From a virus: a stretch of DNA of 64,000 bases. This document shows positions 12,101-20,562 of the stretch, piece after piece. Where the stretch lies: the IMG/VR virus record IMGVR_UViG_3300023109_002988, positions 34,533-98,532 of that record, one strand, 5' to 3'. Under the pieces are notes generated by a model. It was given only the letters and a program-made list of their open reading frames with translations, had not been told where the DNA came from and made no database searches. The translations under genes and the position numbers were made by a program. How positions within the stretch are numbered: the first letter of the stretch is position 1; the number at the start of each line of letters is the position of its first letter.

Positions 12101-13851
12101 ACAATAAAATAGAAGACTCTACATTCTCTAATTGTGACTTTTTAACTGGGCTTAATTTAGTACCAAATATCACAGAAATTGGATCTAGCTCGTTTGCAAA
12201 TTGCGATATTTTAAGCGGAATTAACTTTAACGAAACTATTACCACCATTGGTAGTTCAGCTTTTAGTAGTTGCGTAGATTTAAGCGGTGTTAGCTTTCCA
12301 GATAGTATAGAGGATATCGGAAATAGTGCTTTTACTAACTGCTATGATTTGAGTTTTGTTGACTTTAGCCAAAATAGTAATTATGATACAATATCAACCT
12401 CTTGTTTTGAAAATTGCACATCTTTAACTAATGTTTTATTACCTGATAATGTAACTGAATTAGGTGGCTCTTGTTTCAAAGGCTGTACTAGTTTGGAATA
12501 TATAGATTTAAATATTTCTGTGGAATATATAGGAGCCAGTGCTTTTCGGGGTTGCTCTGTTTTTAACAACCTAGATCTGCCAAGTAGCTTACTTACTATA
12601 GCAAACGATGCTTTCAAGCTTTGCTATGAATTAAAGTCTATGAGTGTTTTTCCAGAAAACCTTGCATCTATAGGAGACGATGCTTTCAATTCTTGCGATC
12701 TATCTGGGTTTCAGTCAATTTTAACTATACCAGATAGTGTAACCTATATGGGACTAAGAGCTTTTCAAAATAATTCAGATAATTTAAGTGGTGTAGTTCT
12801 AGGGTCTGGTTTAACTAATCTTCGGTCTAGTGTTTTCCAAAATTGCACTAATCTAAGAGAAATAAATTTAGAAAATATAACATCCATAGAAAACAGCGCT
12901 TTCAAAAACTGCTTAAATTTAACTGGGGCTTTAATTCCGCCCAATATGCAGTCTATGGGAACCTCTGCTTTTGAAAATACAGCCATTGAAAGTATAATAA
13001 TACCAAACGCGATAACAGAAACAAGCACTACTTTGTGTTACTCTTCTTCGTTTTTAACTGGTATAATTTCAGGCTTAAATTTAATTACTATAGGCAACAG
13101 TTCTTTTTACGGATGTGGTGCTTTAAGTGAGTTTTATGCGGAAGATAATTTGAGAAAAATTAGTAGTAATGCGTTCTATAATTGTTCGTCAATGAGTGGT
13201 CTTGATTTAAATCAAATAACAGAATTGCAGACTAGTGCATTTAAAAATTGCGACTCTCTACCTGAGTTCCTAGAAATTCCAGATACTGTAACCGTAATGG
13301 GCACAAACATTTTTGAAGGTTGCACTAATACTACTGGTTTTTCTTGGACTTCTGGTTACAATAAAATACCAGCTGGCACATTTAAAGGATGTAATAATAT
13401 TCAAACTTTAGAAATACCAAGCTACATAACAGTAGTAGATGCAGAGGCTTTCATGAATTGCACTTCTATAAGCGGAGTAAGTTTTCCACAAGGAATACAA
13501 TATATAGGAGGATCGTTAAGAAACTATAATGCAGCCAATGGAGCATTTAAAGGATGCGTAGGAATAAGTGGAGAAATAATACTTCCTTCTTCATTGGAGC
13601 AATTGGGCCGTTATGCTTTCTATGACAGTAACCTTATAAGTACTTTTAAGTTTTATAGTACTACTGCTCCTCTTACAAGAGTAGACGCTTTTCCTGTAAA
13701 GTTTATCAACGACCCAAGTAATAATCCAATACACGCTCCTTCTGGGGCTGAAGCCAGTTATTCTGGACAAAGTTATGCTCCATCGTATAGCTATTACGGA
13801 GCTAAAAGCCCAGTTAATTGGGATTCTTTAAATATCATTTTTGATTTATGA
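9142..13851 (+). CDS. Putative tail-tube-like N-terminal domain (about 360 aa) fused to a BspA-type LRR solenoid
   Basis: The N-terminus has two beta-rich sub-repeats (IQEASYGFS..YG..PTVNFDMSY..LTNYSVDMSVG and LQSANLSIP..LG..PIKATLSVN..LSENFSSNIG). An acidic linker and about 45 LRRs follow. Confidence 0.65.
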   Translation: MPRNRTIYQSESVFVSNNLDSTDVWEHAEVARIQEASYGFSMNKTDVNQYGKSSRIDHINLELPTVNFDMSYLLGNGYNESVLGFDIKEGYQFAKYHLENNSGKNFYVLISEEGLDSKSLEVGDPYTLIGIGNAFLTNYSVDMSVGSLAKVNLQYECSNINSIHGVVEGEGFWLTQLSGDSASINIDKGIPYDKKIKITAPKGDIENIPTALRPGDITINFEGFDSENLSTISGNGSFHLQSANLSIPLSRSELKRLGSKGSYARVLDYPIKATLSVNSIVSNIEVVDLAESVRGCINNSLNNDISILAKDCNKENAIIWRLKNPDLLSENFSSNIGPNKSVDLTFEVEIGNPDDNSIGILCSGASDRDNEEREDDNDYYPTRVYGYDYTGSAAALEEGVFTGESNILLDWQTGDVIEEWKYNRLFTPWRVPKWGNLDFIKRIAPGGSTEYIGDDAFRNIKATGELYLTKNLTGIGTSVFENTNIDYLVVGDGLPKLPSRSFYDCDQLKTVKTADSITEIGDSCFAYSNKLNEFYFSKGLSGIGVGAFHTCSSLLKADLSGCNYLQSINDNTFNSCTSLEEVSLSDSILTLGDDSFKSCTSLTNFKWSSGLESVGDRSFNGCTSLLDPVFYDTLETIGDEAFSTCYSFDSVTIPGTVTYFGEYAFKTCGVKSLVLNEGLSEISYQAFYNCASLKSISFPETLLYINPYCFIYNYRLQNLNIPDNVSGIGNHAFYTCYSAATSQECLDVVNFGSGLKFIGEQAFYGNQSLRSADLPENIESIGYNAFFNCGLSGFVNLPDSLNSIGINAFDSNNYIESINIGAGLTTLSNNCFEECTSLSGVFIPDWFESLNDGVFLRCYDITTISLGNGIEYINDYAFGDCRSLTGIDIPSQITGIGNSAFQTGLNITNVGFVEGLEYIGNSAFANCYSLTGVSFPNTLSGIGSSSFSACSDLSGQIIYTPNLQSVGASAFLGTDIYDVVFNNHPSYNKIEDSTFSNCDFLTGLNLVPNITEIGSSSFANCDILSGINFNETITTIGSSAFSSCVDLSGVSFPDSIEDIGNSAFTNCYDLSFVDFSQNSNYDTISTSCFENCTSLTNVLLPDNVTELGGSCFKGCTSLEYIDLNISVEYIGASAFRGCSVFNNLDLPSSLLTIANDAFKLCYELKSMSVFPENLASIGDDAFNSCDLSGFQSILTIPDSVTYMGLRAFQNNSDNLSGVVLGSGLTNLRSSVFQNCTNLREINLENITSIENSAFKNCLNLTGALIPPNMQSMGTSAFENTAIESIIIPNAITETSTTLCYSSSFLTGIISGLNLITIGNSSFYGCGALSEFYAEDNLRKISSNAFYNCSSMSGLDLNQITELQTSAFKNCDSLPEFLEIPDTVTVMGTNIFEGCTNTTGFSWTSGYNKIPAGTFKGCNNIQTLEIPSYITVVDAEAFMNCTSISGVSFPQGIQYIGGSLRNYNAANGAFKGCVGISGEIILPSSLEQLGRYAFYDSNLISTFKFYSTTAPLTRVDAFPVKFINDPSNNPIHAPSGAEASYSGQSYAPSYSYYGAKSPVNWDSLNIIFDL

Positions 13852-14021
13852 ATATTAAACCATCTTTAAAACGAGATAAAGAAAGTGGAGTTTGGACAGC
13901 CTCTTACACATCTGAATTTGGTCAAGAATTTAAAACCAAGGGTCATTCTGCTGGAGAAGCCATGCAATCCTGGTACAAAACATTTGGTAAAAAATTTGGT
14001 ATAATAAAAGGTGGTGGATGA
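13848..14021 (+). CDS. Small 57 aa protein, possible HicB-like fold (not in ORF track)
   Basis: ATGA overlap with the upstream stop. Translation MNIKPSLKRDKESGVWTASYTSEFGQEFKTKGHSAGEAMQSWYKTFGKKFGIIKGGG. Confidence 0.5.
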   Translation: MNIKPSLKRDKESGVWTASYTSEFGQEFKTKGHSAGEAMQSWYKTFGKKFGIIKGGG

Positions 14022-14052
14022 TGCGGATCTAAATAAAGTCGGTCTGACTTTA

Positions 14053-14442
14053 CTAATCAAAATCAACATTTATCTGACCATTGTTTTTAGCGGCTGATTT
14101 CATTTGATCCATATGCTTTGCCCCATTTCTTTTGCTTGAATAGTCTTTATAGTAATTTTCTTTTACAGGGTCAATACCGCCATTCTTTTCTGCTCTTTGA
14201 TAACTTAACTCTTTGCTGTAATCCATTATGTCTCCCATGGATCCTTTTTTGTTGGCAGTCTTGTTCACAAAATCCCTAGAGCTGTGAGGGTCGATCTGAG
14301 AATCTATTGAAGCATTTGGTATAGTGAATACTCTTTTCCATTCAAGGCCGTCAGAATCAAAGTATACATGCTTGTCGTTCATTCCTTGAACTTCTTCTAT
14401 GTATTGTTCTAAGCTTGGGTGTTTGTAGATATAAATAGGCAC
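14053..14442 (-). CDS. FmdB-like small protein (MPxYxY start, no Cys knuckle)
   Basis: MPIYIYKHP..EEVQGMND..WKRVFT pattern; GTG start. Confidence 0.55.
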   Translation of the reverse strand: MPIYIYKHPSLEQYIEEVQGMNDKHVYFDSDGLEWKRVFTIPNASIDSQIDPHSSRDFVNKTANKKGSMGDIMDYSKELSYQRAEKNGGIDPVKENYYKDYSSKRNGAKHMDQMKSAAKNNGQINVDFD

Positions 14443-14456
14443 AATATATAATACAC
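14443..14456 (-). promoter_or_regulatory. GTGTA motif, putative phage-sigma promoter
   Basis: GTGTA-ttatatatt-GTG start; same geometry at 20548, 36921, 55764 and 57351. Confidence 0.55.
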
Positions 14457-14486
14457 AAACGGATGTAGTTTTTCAACTACACCCGC
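14455..14486 (-). terminator. Intrinsic terminator downstream of hsp20
   Basis: Minus strand GCGGGTGTAGTT-GAAA-AACTACATCCGT followed by TTGTGTATT; 12 bp stem with G-U pairs and a GNRA loop. Confidence 0.7.
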
Positions 14487-14514
14487 TTGATTCTTAGTTA
14501 ATAATAAACAGACA

Positions 14515-14835
14515 CTAATCAATATCAATAGATAAAGTTTTTTTGACTTCTTTTTTAGGCATTGTTATTGTAAGTAATCCGTCAGACATTTTAGATGAAA
14601 TACTACTCAATGAAACTAGGTTTTTAAGATAAACCTTGTGGGTTTTTTTCTTTTTACCACTTTTTTCAGCTTCAATTGTTAGTACTTCGTCACAAACCGT
14701 AATCTTTACATCCTTTTTGGAAAATCCAGCAAGTTCAAATTCAACGGTGTAAACGTCATCGCTGCTTTTTACCAAGTTTGTTGTGTCTTGGTAAGCCCTC
14801 TCAATATTTAATAGTTCATTAATAATTGATGTCAT
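14515..14835 (-). CDS. hsp20: Small heat-shock protein (Hsp20/alpha-crystallin)
   Basis: ELAGFSKKDVKITV..VLTIEAE..MSDGLLTITMPK..LSIDID. Confidence 0.9.
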   Translation of the reverse strand: MTSIINELLNIERAYQDTTNLVKSSDDVYTVEFELAGFSKKDVKITVCDEVLTIEAEKSGKKKKTHKVYLKNLVSLSSISSKMSDGLLTITMPKKEVKKTLSIDID

Positions 14836-14848
14836 AATATATTACTAT

Positions 14849-14864
14849 TGCAGATACCATGCCA
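14849..14864 (-). promoter_or_regulatory. Sigma54 (-24/-12) promoter upstream of hsp20
   Basis: TGGCATGGTATCTGCA has exact GG-N10-GC spacing and 2 mismatches to TGGCACG-N4-TTGCW; ATG lies 13 nt downstream. Confidence 0.7.
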
Positions 14865-14874
14865 ATTAAAAAAC

Positions 14875-15936
14875 CTAGGAAATATAGGACAAAATGCCGT
14901 CAACTGTGTTTGAGTAGGTAAATTTGTCCGATAACTTTTGTCCCTCTGAGTTAATTTGTCCCACCTTAGATTCAGCTTTTTCCATGGCTACAATCACTTC
15001 ATCAGGATTCCAATCATAAAACGAACCTTGATTAAATGGAGATCCTTTAACAAAGAATTTTCCATCTTGGACATCAATATAACCAGAAGACTCTACAAGT
15101 ATTGAATTATCTTTGTTTGCCCAATCTTTATGGGATGTTTCGTTAAGGACAATACTCCATTTGCCTAAACAGGAAGAATTAAAAGCTGGCAAATTCCAAC
15201 CCTCTCCTCCAGAAAGACCAGTTAAGTCAATATCAATTGCGTTAAGGAACTCATTAACCTCTCTGTTTGTTTTTAGATAGGGTAAAAAATTAACATTGCT
15301 ATACCTGTTGCCTCCCAAAGTATTGGAAATGATGTGAGACATCTCCTCCTCTTTAAAGAAAGGGTTTGTAATACAACAAGTCAATTGATACTTGCTATTG
15401 TTGCCATATTTTTTAATCCATGTTTGAATTATTTTTGCTGTGTGCTTCCTGTTTTCAAACTTGCCCATCAATCCGAAATGAACAACATCTTGAAGGTAAA
15501 CTTTTTCAGTTCTTTTAAATTCTGGATCTAAGCCAAGAGGTACATGAGGAGAATTAAATTGATCCCCAGCATACTTAGAGCTAAAAATAGTTTTACTCTG
15601 AGCTTTGCATAAAGCTTTTTCTATGTCTGTAGGTTCGTTACATTCATAAAAAGTGTAAAGATACTGATTGGAATTTTTCCTGTTTTCAGATCCATTCAGG
15701 TGCCAAATCTTAAGAGATGGTACATCATCTGATAAAAAATCAAACCTTTTATTTATAGAATCCTGAAAAAAAGATCTGTCATCATCGCTTAATTGATAAG
15801 CAGATAAATCAATACTTGATTCATTCATAGGCCAGATAGCAACATCATGGCCTTTACCCTTGAGCTCCTTGATAATGTTTACGGAAACATTACCAAGGCT
15901 CAGTGAGTTTAGGGGTGCGTCTACTAAGATTTTCAT
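14875..15936 (-). CDS. GT-B glycosyltransferase (GT4-like)
   Basis: GKFENRK and GLSGGEGWNLPAF (E-x7 motif region). Confidence 0.75.
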   Translation of the reverse strand: MKILVDAPLNSLSLGNVSVNIIKELKGKGHDVAIWPMNESSIDLSAYQLSDDDRSFFQDSINKRFDFLSDDVPSLKIWHLNGSENRKNSNQYLYTFYECNEPTDIEKALCKAQSKTIFSSKYAGDQFNSPHVPLGLDPEFKRTEKVYLQDVVHFGLMGKFENRKHTAKIIQTWIKKYGNNSKYQLTCCITNPFFKEEEMSHIISNTLGGNRYSNVNFLPYLKTNREVNEFLNAIDIDLTGLSGGEGWNLPAFNSSCLGKWSIVLNETSHKDWANKDNSILVESSGYIDVQDGKFFVKGSPFNQGSFYDWNPDEVIVAMEKAESKVGQINSEGQKLSDKFTYSNTVDGILSYIS

Positions 15937-16308
15937 TTAAAATGGAATATCTTCATCTACCGAACCTGCGGTAACAGCTTGCTTGCTTTCTGCTTTTGGA
16001 TCAGAATCATTTGTCCCACCAATGAACTGAAAGGTAGAGGCGGAAATAAACATCTTGTTGTATTTCTTACCTTCAGATTCCCAAGAAGAATTTCTCAATT
16101 CACCTTGAATAATAATTGGTCTACCTTTGGTAAGGTACTGATTAGCTGTTTCAGCTTGCTTGTTCCAAAGCTCTGCGTCAATAAAACACGGCTCTTTGGC
16201 TCTTTTACCTGACACACAAAGTCTGATTTTACAAACCTTGTTATCTCCTACTTGTCTCATCTCTGGGTCTGATGCCAGATGACCTGCTGCTACTATTGTA
16301 TTATACAT
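15937..16308 (-). CDS. ssb: Single-stranded DNA-binding protein
   Basis: GHLASDPEMR..LTKGRPIIIQGELR..W, with acidic C-terminal DEDIPF. Confidence 0.92.
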   Translation of the reverse strand: MYNTIVAAGHLASDPEMRQVGDNKVCKIRLCVSGKRAKEPCFIDAELWNKQAETANQYLTKGRPIIIQGELRNSSWESEGKKYNKMFISASTFQFIGGTNDSDPKAESKQAVTAGSVDEDIPF

Positions 16309-16873
16309 GATTTTCGTCTAATTTATTTTTTACTTTTTCAATGAATCTGTCGTGAATGTTTATGCAACCTTGTATACTAAGATTAAGTTTTTTGGCGGCT
16401 ATTTTCCACGGCACTAACTTAGTATTGCTTGTATTGTATCTTATGTCAATGATTTTTTTTACTCTTTTATCATTTTCTGTTTTAAGCATAGAGTTAAAGA
16501 TGTCAAAAGCTTCTATTTTTGATAGCTTTACAAGAGAGTCGTCGTCGTCAGATAAGTCTGAGTGTACGTTTTCTAGGGGTACGTTCTTCTTTTCTTTTCT
16601 GTTAATCTCATTAAGGCACTTCCACTTAGTCTGATTAGCAAGAAATGTAGAAAATTTACTATTTTTGCTTGGATCATAATCTAACGCAGATTTATATATC
16701 ATATAATCTTTATCGTCTATTATGGACTTTTTGTTTATATTAATGCGGTCATTTTTTGAATATTGATCCACTATATAAACATATATACCAGAATGCCTAT
16801 TTATTAATTCAGATAAGCTCGCCCCATCTTTTGATTCTTGTATTCTTTTTATAAGGGACAGGTCACTTTCCAT
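16301..16873 (-). CDS. Phage RNA polymerase sigma factor (sigma70 region 2 plus HTH)
   Basis: SDLSLIKRIQ..LSELINRH; YDPSKNSKFSTF; C-terminal WKIAAKKLNLSIQG HTH. Confidence 0.75.
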   Translation of the reverse strand: MESDLSLIKRIQESKDGASLSELINRHSGIYVYIVDQYSKNDRININKKSIIDDKDYMIYKSALDYDPSKNSKFSTFLANQTKWKCLNEINRKEKKNVPLENVHSDLSDDDDSLVKLSKIEAFDIFNSMLKTENDKRVKKIIDIRYNTSNTKLVPWKIAAKKLNLSIQGCINIHDRFIEKVKNKLDENHV

Positions 16874-17436
16874 AATTCATATGTTTCTTTGTTTAATAGT
16901 TTATTCAGTATTTCGTTGGATGTCAAACTTAAAAGTCTTTTATCTTCAAAGTTTCCAAACGTAAAATTTACATCTACTTCGTTTTTTAGAATAGAGTTAT
17001 TATCTTCTTCGTATTTGTTTGCGGGTTCTATGCCTTCTCTTTCTATCAAAACAGATAGACCATCGTTTCTCTTTACCCAATCAAGTTCATTTGAAAACCT
17101 TAGGTCTGTTATTATGTTAACAGCATCAAGATCTAGGTTTTCCTCTAGTTTGTTTATCCATGTATTATTGTCTATCTTTCTTATGACATCTGTGCCCCAA
17201 CAAACTAAGAAGGGTCTGATTATTTTTTTCTCGTCATCATCTTCTGTAAAAGCAGATATCCCAGTTTTTTCAATTAAAAATTGATCTACTGATTTTTTTA
17301 ATTCATCAGCGAATGAAACCTTTACCGCTTTAATTCCACTATCCCTAAGTATATCTATGAAGTTATTTCCAAGAGTATCTTTCCCAGATCTAGCATTACC
17401 AGATATACTTATAATTTTATGTTTATAATTAAGCAT
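16849..17436 (-). CDS. Deoxynucleoside monophosphate kinase (T4 gp1-like P-loop)
   Basis: ISGNARSGKDT, SFADELK, ITDLRFSNE. Start set at ATG 17436, downstream of the promoter (ORF track extends to 17463). Confidence 0.8.
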   Translation of the reverse strand: MLNYKHKIISISGNARSGKDTLGNNFIDILRDSGIKAVKVSFADELKKSVDQFLIEKTGISAFTEDDDEKKIIRPFLVCWGTDVIRKIDNNTWINKLEENLDLDAVNIITDLRFSNELDWVKRNDGLSVLIEREGIEPANKYEEDNNSILKNEVDVNFTFGNFEDKRLLSLTSNEILNKLLNKETYELWKVTCPL

Positions 17437-17449
17437 TTGTTTAAATGAT

Positions 17450-17478
17450 AATTTATCATACAAATATCAACAAGTCAA
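17450..17478 (-). promoter_or_regulatory. Sigma70-like promoter for the minus-strand block
   Basis: TTGACT-N17-TAAATT. Confidence 0.55.
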
Positions 17479-17525
17479 TACTTTTATTTAGAAATCAATT
17501 CATTTTTTAAAATGCTTTGCTTTGA

Positions 17526-17634
17526 GATATTTAAAATACTATACCGTATAGTAATACTTTACGGTTAGTAGTATATACTAATCGATAAGTAATTTAAATA
17601 TCGAAAAGAAATCGATTGACAATAGTCTTCGATT
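17526..17634. other. Nested inverted-repeat element in AT-rich divergent intergenic region (candidate replication origin or structured RNA)
   Basis: gatatttaaa/tttaaatatc encloses hairpins tactata-ccg-tatagta and cggttagta-gtata-tactaatcg; a further hairpin aatcga..gac-aata-gtc..tcgatt follows. Confidence 0.45.
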
Positions 17635-17879
17635 AAGTTCGTAACCAATAACTTTTTCGGAAGTGTTGTTGAATACGTTTTATTATACAAAACCGTTCTA
17701 CTTTTTTCTAAAGTTTTTTTCACTTTTTTAAAAATGAAATTTCAAATAAAAAAATTAAGTATATTTTCTACTTGACCGATACCAATTTCTGGCTAATGTG
17801 TAAATTATCACAGCGGGGAATAAAGAGGGGTGAAACCAGGAACCGACGTAACAATAAACAATAAACAAAGAAAGAAAAA

Positions 17880-18857
17880 ATGAGCATATTCGAAGAACAA
17901 ATATCAAGAAAACCTAATAATTATCCGTGGGCAGAAGACTTTATTGAAGTCATGCATAATGGATTTTGGACAGATAAAGAATTTAGTTTTTCCTCTGATG
18001 TTCAAGATTTTCAAATATCCATGGACGATCAAGAGAAAGAGATAATCGTTCGAACACTATCTGCAATTGGTCAAATCGAGGTTGCTGTTAAAAAATTCTG
18101 GGCCAAGCTAGGAGACAATCTTCCTCACCCATCTCTTACTGATCTAGGTTATGTTATGGCTAATGTCGAAGTTATACATAACAATGCGTATGAAAGACTA
18201 CTTAAAGTTTTAGGATTAGAAGAAATCTTTGAAGAGAATCTAAAATTGGACTTTATTGAGGGAAGAGTTAACTATCTTAGAAAATACAATCATAGATATT
18301 ATAAAGACAGTAAGAAGCAGTATGTATATTCTTTGATTCTTTTTACGCTTTTCGTTGAAAACGTATCTCTCATGAGCCAGTTTTATATAATTAATTGGTT
18401 TTCCAGAAATAAAAATGTTCTAAAAGACACCGAACAACAGGTAAGGTATACAAGAAACGAAGAGAATATCCACGCTCAAGTAGGAATCAAAATAATTAAC
18501 ACTATTAGAGAGGAACACCCAGAACTTTTTGACGAAGAATTAGAGCAAAGAATTTTGCATGAAGCTGAACAGGCATATATTGCAGAAGCTAAGATTATTG
18601 ATTGGATGGTTAATGGTATTGACGAAGAGGGATTAAGTGCTCCTCTTCTTAAGGAGTTTATTAAAGAGCGTATTAACGATTCATTACAACAAATTTCATT
18701 CAAAAAAGCATTTGAGGTTGACAATACTTTGATTAAGGATACAATGTGGTTTGAGGAGGAGTTAATGGGAAACAATTCAACTGATTTTTTCCATTCTCGT
18801 CCTGTAGAATATTCAAAAAAAGCACAAACATTTGACCTAGATAGCGTATTTGCATGA
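17880..18857 (+). CDS. nrdB: Ribonucleotide reductase class I beta subunit (class Id-like)
   Basis: AIGQIEVAVKKFW, EVIHNNAY, VENVSL, EENIH, DFFHSRPVEYSK. Confidence 0.92.
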   Translation: MSIFEEQISRKPNNYPWAEDFIEVMHNGFWTDKEFSFSSDVQDFQISMDDQEKEIIVRTLSAIGQIEVAVKKFWAKLGDNLPHPSLTDLGYVMANVEVIHNNAYERLLKVLGLEEIFEENLKLDFIEGRVNYLRKYNHRYYKDSKKQYVYSLILFTLFVENVSLMSQFYIINWFSRNKNVLKDTEQQVRYTRNEENIHAQVGIKIINTIREEHPELFDEELEQRILHEAEQAYIAEAKIIDWMVNGIDEEGLSAPLLKEFIKERINDSLQQISFKKAFEVDNTLIKDTMWFEEELMGNNSTDFFHSRPVEYSKKAQTFDLDSVFA

Positions 18858-20524
18858 AAAAATATTATTGGAACAACAAAACTTCGCAACAGATTTTAAA
18901 CAGAGGATACCTTGACGGCGAAAGCTTGACTGGTAGAGTTCTTAGTGTGGGTGAGTCTTTTCAAAAAGACTTTGTATCTCGCGCTCCTGCAGAACACAAA
19001 GGTAAATTTTCTGATTTATGTGAAAAGTTTGAACATTATATGTCTCTAGGTTTCTACTCTCTGTCTAGTCCTGTTTGGGCTAATTATGGTAGAGACAGGG
19101 GCCTTCCCGTTTCCTGTAATGGGGTTTATGTTCCAGATACCATGCAAGGCATCTTGACCAAACAATCAGAAGTTGGTATGCAAACAAAGCATGGCGCTGG
19201 AACTTCTGGTTACTTTGGAGAGTTGCGTGGTAGAGGTCACCCTATAAGTACTGGAGGTAGTTCTTCTGGATCGGTGCATTTTATGGAGCTTTTCGATAAG
19301 GTAACATCTGTAGTTTCACAAAGCAGTGTTCGCAGAGGTTCTTTTGCAGCTTACCTCCCTGTTGATCACCCTGACATCGAAGAGTTTCTACGTATCAGAT
19401 CTGAGGGTCATCCTATACAAGATCTTTCTTTTGCTGTGACTATTACAGATGAATGGATGGAAGCAATGAACAATGGAGATATCGACAAGCGCAAAATTTG
19501 GGCAAAGATTATCCAGAAGAAGTTTGAGTCTGGATATCCTTATTTGTTTTTTCAAGATACAGCCAATAAGAACGCACCTCAGGTATACAAAGATAAAGAC
19601 ATGAAAATTTATGCTTCAAATCTTTGCAATGAAATTTCTCTACCATCTTCTCCAGAGGAGTCGTTTGTTTGTTGTTTGTCTTCGCTAAATCTGGAGAGGT
19701 GGGACGAGATTATTAAGACTGATGCTATTGAAACCATGGTTTACTTTCTTGATTCTGTTATGGAGGAATATATAGATAAGACAGACGACATACCTTACAT
19801 GGAGTTTGATAATAACTTTGCTAAACGTCATAGGGCTTTAGGCATGGGTGTTCTTGGTTGGCATTCTTATTTACAGAGTAATTCTATTGCATTTGAGAGT
19901 ATGGAAGCTAAAATGAAAAATGTAGAAATATTCAAAACAATTAGAGAAAGAGCGGACAAGGCGACAAAGGAATTAGCTGAAGTTTTTGGTGAGCCTGAAG
20001 TCCTTAAAGGTTATGGTCGCAGAAACACAACAACAATGGCTGTTGCCCCAACGACAACAAGCTCTCTTATTCTTGGTCAGGTTTCTCAAGGGATTGAGCC
20101 TACTGTAAATTACTATACTAAGAACTCAGCTAAAGGTAAATTTACAATTAGAAGCCCTCACCTAGCAAATTTGTTGGAATCTAAAGGTAAAAACACAGAA
20201 GCAGTTTGGAAATCTATTCTTCATAACGATGGATCAGTTAAGCATTTGAATTTTTTGAGTGATCATGAAAAAGATGTATTTAAAACTTTCGGGGAAATAT
20301 CCCAAAAAGAAATAGTAATTCAAGCCTCGCAACGTCAAAAATATATAGACCAAGGTCAGTCTTTGAACTTGATGATCCATCCAAAAGCTTCTCCAAAAGA
20401 GGTTAGTGAACTTATGATTTTTGGTTGGGAAATGGGTCTCAAAGGTTTTTATTACCAAAGAAGCATGAATCCTAGTCAAGAATTAGCAAGATCCATTATG
20501 AATTGTACATCTTGTGAAGGTTGA
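18854..20524 (+). CDS. nrdA: Ribonucleotide reductase class I alpha subunit, no ATP cone
   Basis: LPVSC, SNLCNEI, VCCLSS, APTTTSS, DQGQSLN, YYQR and C-terminal CTSCEG. Confidence 0.93.
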   Translation: MKKYYWNNKTSQQILNRGYLDGESLTGRVLSVGESFQKDFVSRAPAEHKGKFSDLCEKFEHYMSLGFYSLSSPVWANYGRDRGLPVSCNGVYVPDTMQGILTKQSEVGMQTKHGAGTSGYFGELRGRGHPISTGGSSSGSVHFMELFDKVTSVVSQSSVRRGSFAAYLPVDHPDIEEFLRIRSEGHPIQDLSFAVTITDEWMEAMNNGDIDKRKIWAKIIQKKFESGYPYLFFQDTANKNAPQVYKDKDMKIYASNLCNEISLPSSPEESFVCCLSSLNLERWDEIIKTDAIETMVYFLDSVMEEYIDKTDDIPYMEFDNNFAKRHRALGMGVLGWHSYLQSNSIAFESMEAKMKNVEIFKTIRERADKATKELAEVFGEPEVLKGYGRRNTTTMAVAPTTTSSLILGQVSQGIEPTVNYYTKNSAKGKFTIRSPHLANLLESKGKNTEAVWKSILHNDGSVKHLNFLSDHEKDVFKTFGEISQKEIVIQASQRQKYIDQGQSLNLMIHPKASPKEVSELMIFGWEMGLKGFYYQRSMNPSQELARSIMNCTSCEG

Positions 20525-20547
20525 TATTTCATTTTTTTAAAATTTCA

Positions 20548-20562
20548 GTGTAAAGAATTAAC
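20548..20562 (+). promoter_or_regulatory. GTGTA motif, putative phage-sigma promoter
   Basis: GTGTA-aagaattaac-ATG. Confidence 0.55.

Noticed and set aside
1432-13028. Minus-strand ORFs within the two LRR genes (e.g. 8020-8631, 9945-10271)
   Set aside because: Antisense shadows of strongly biased coding sequence; no recognisable motifs.
13866-14069. 67 aa minus-strand ORF
   Set aside because: Overlaps the better-supported, translationally coupled plus-strand ORF 13848-14021.
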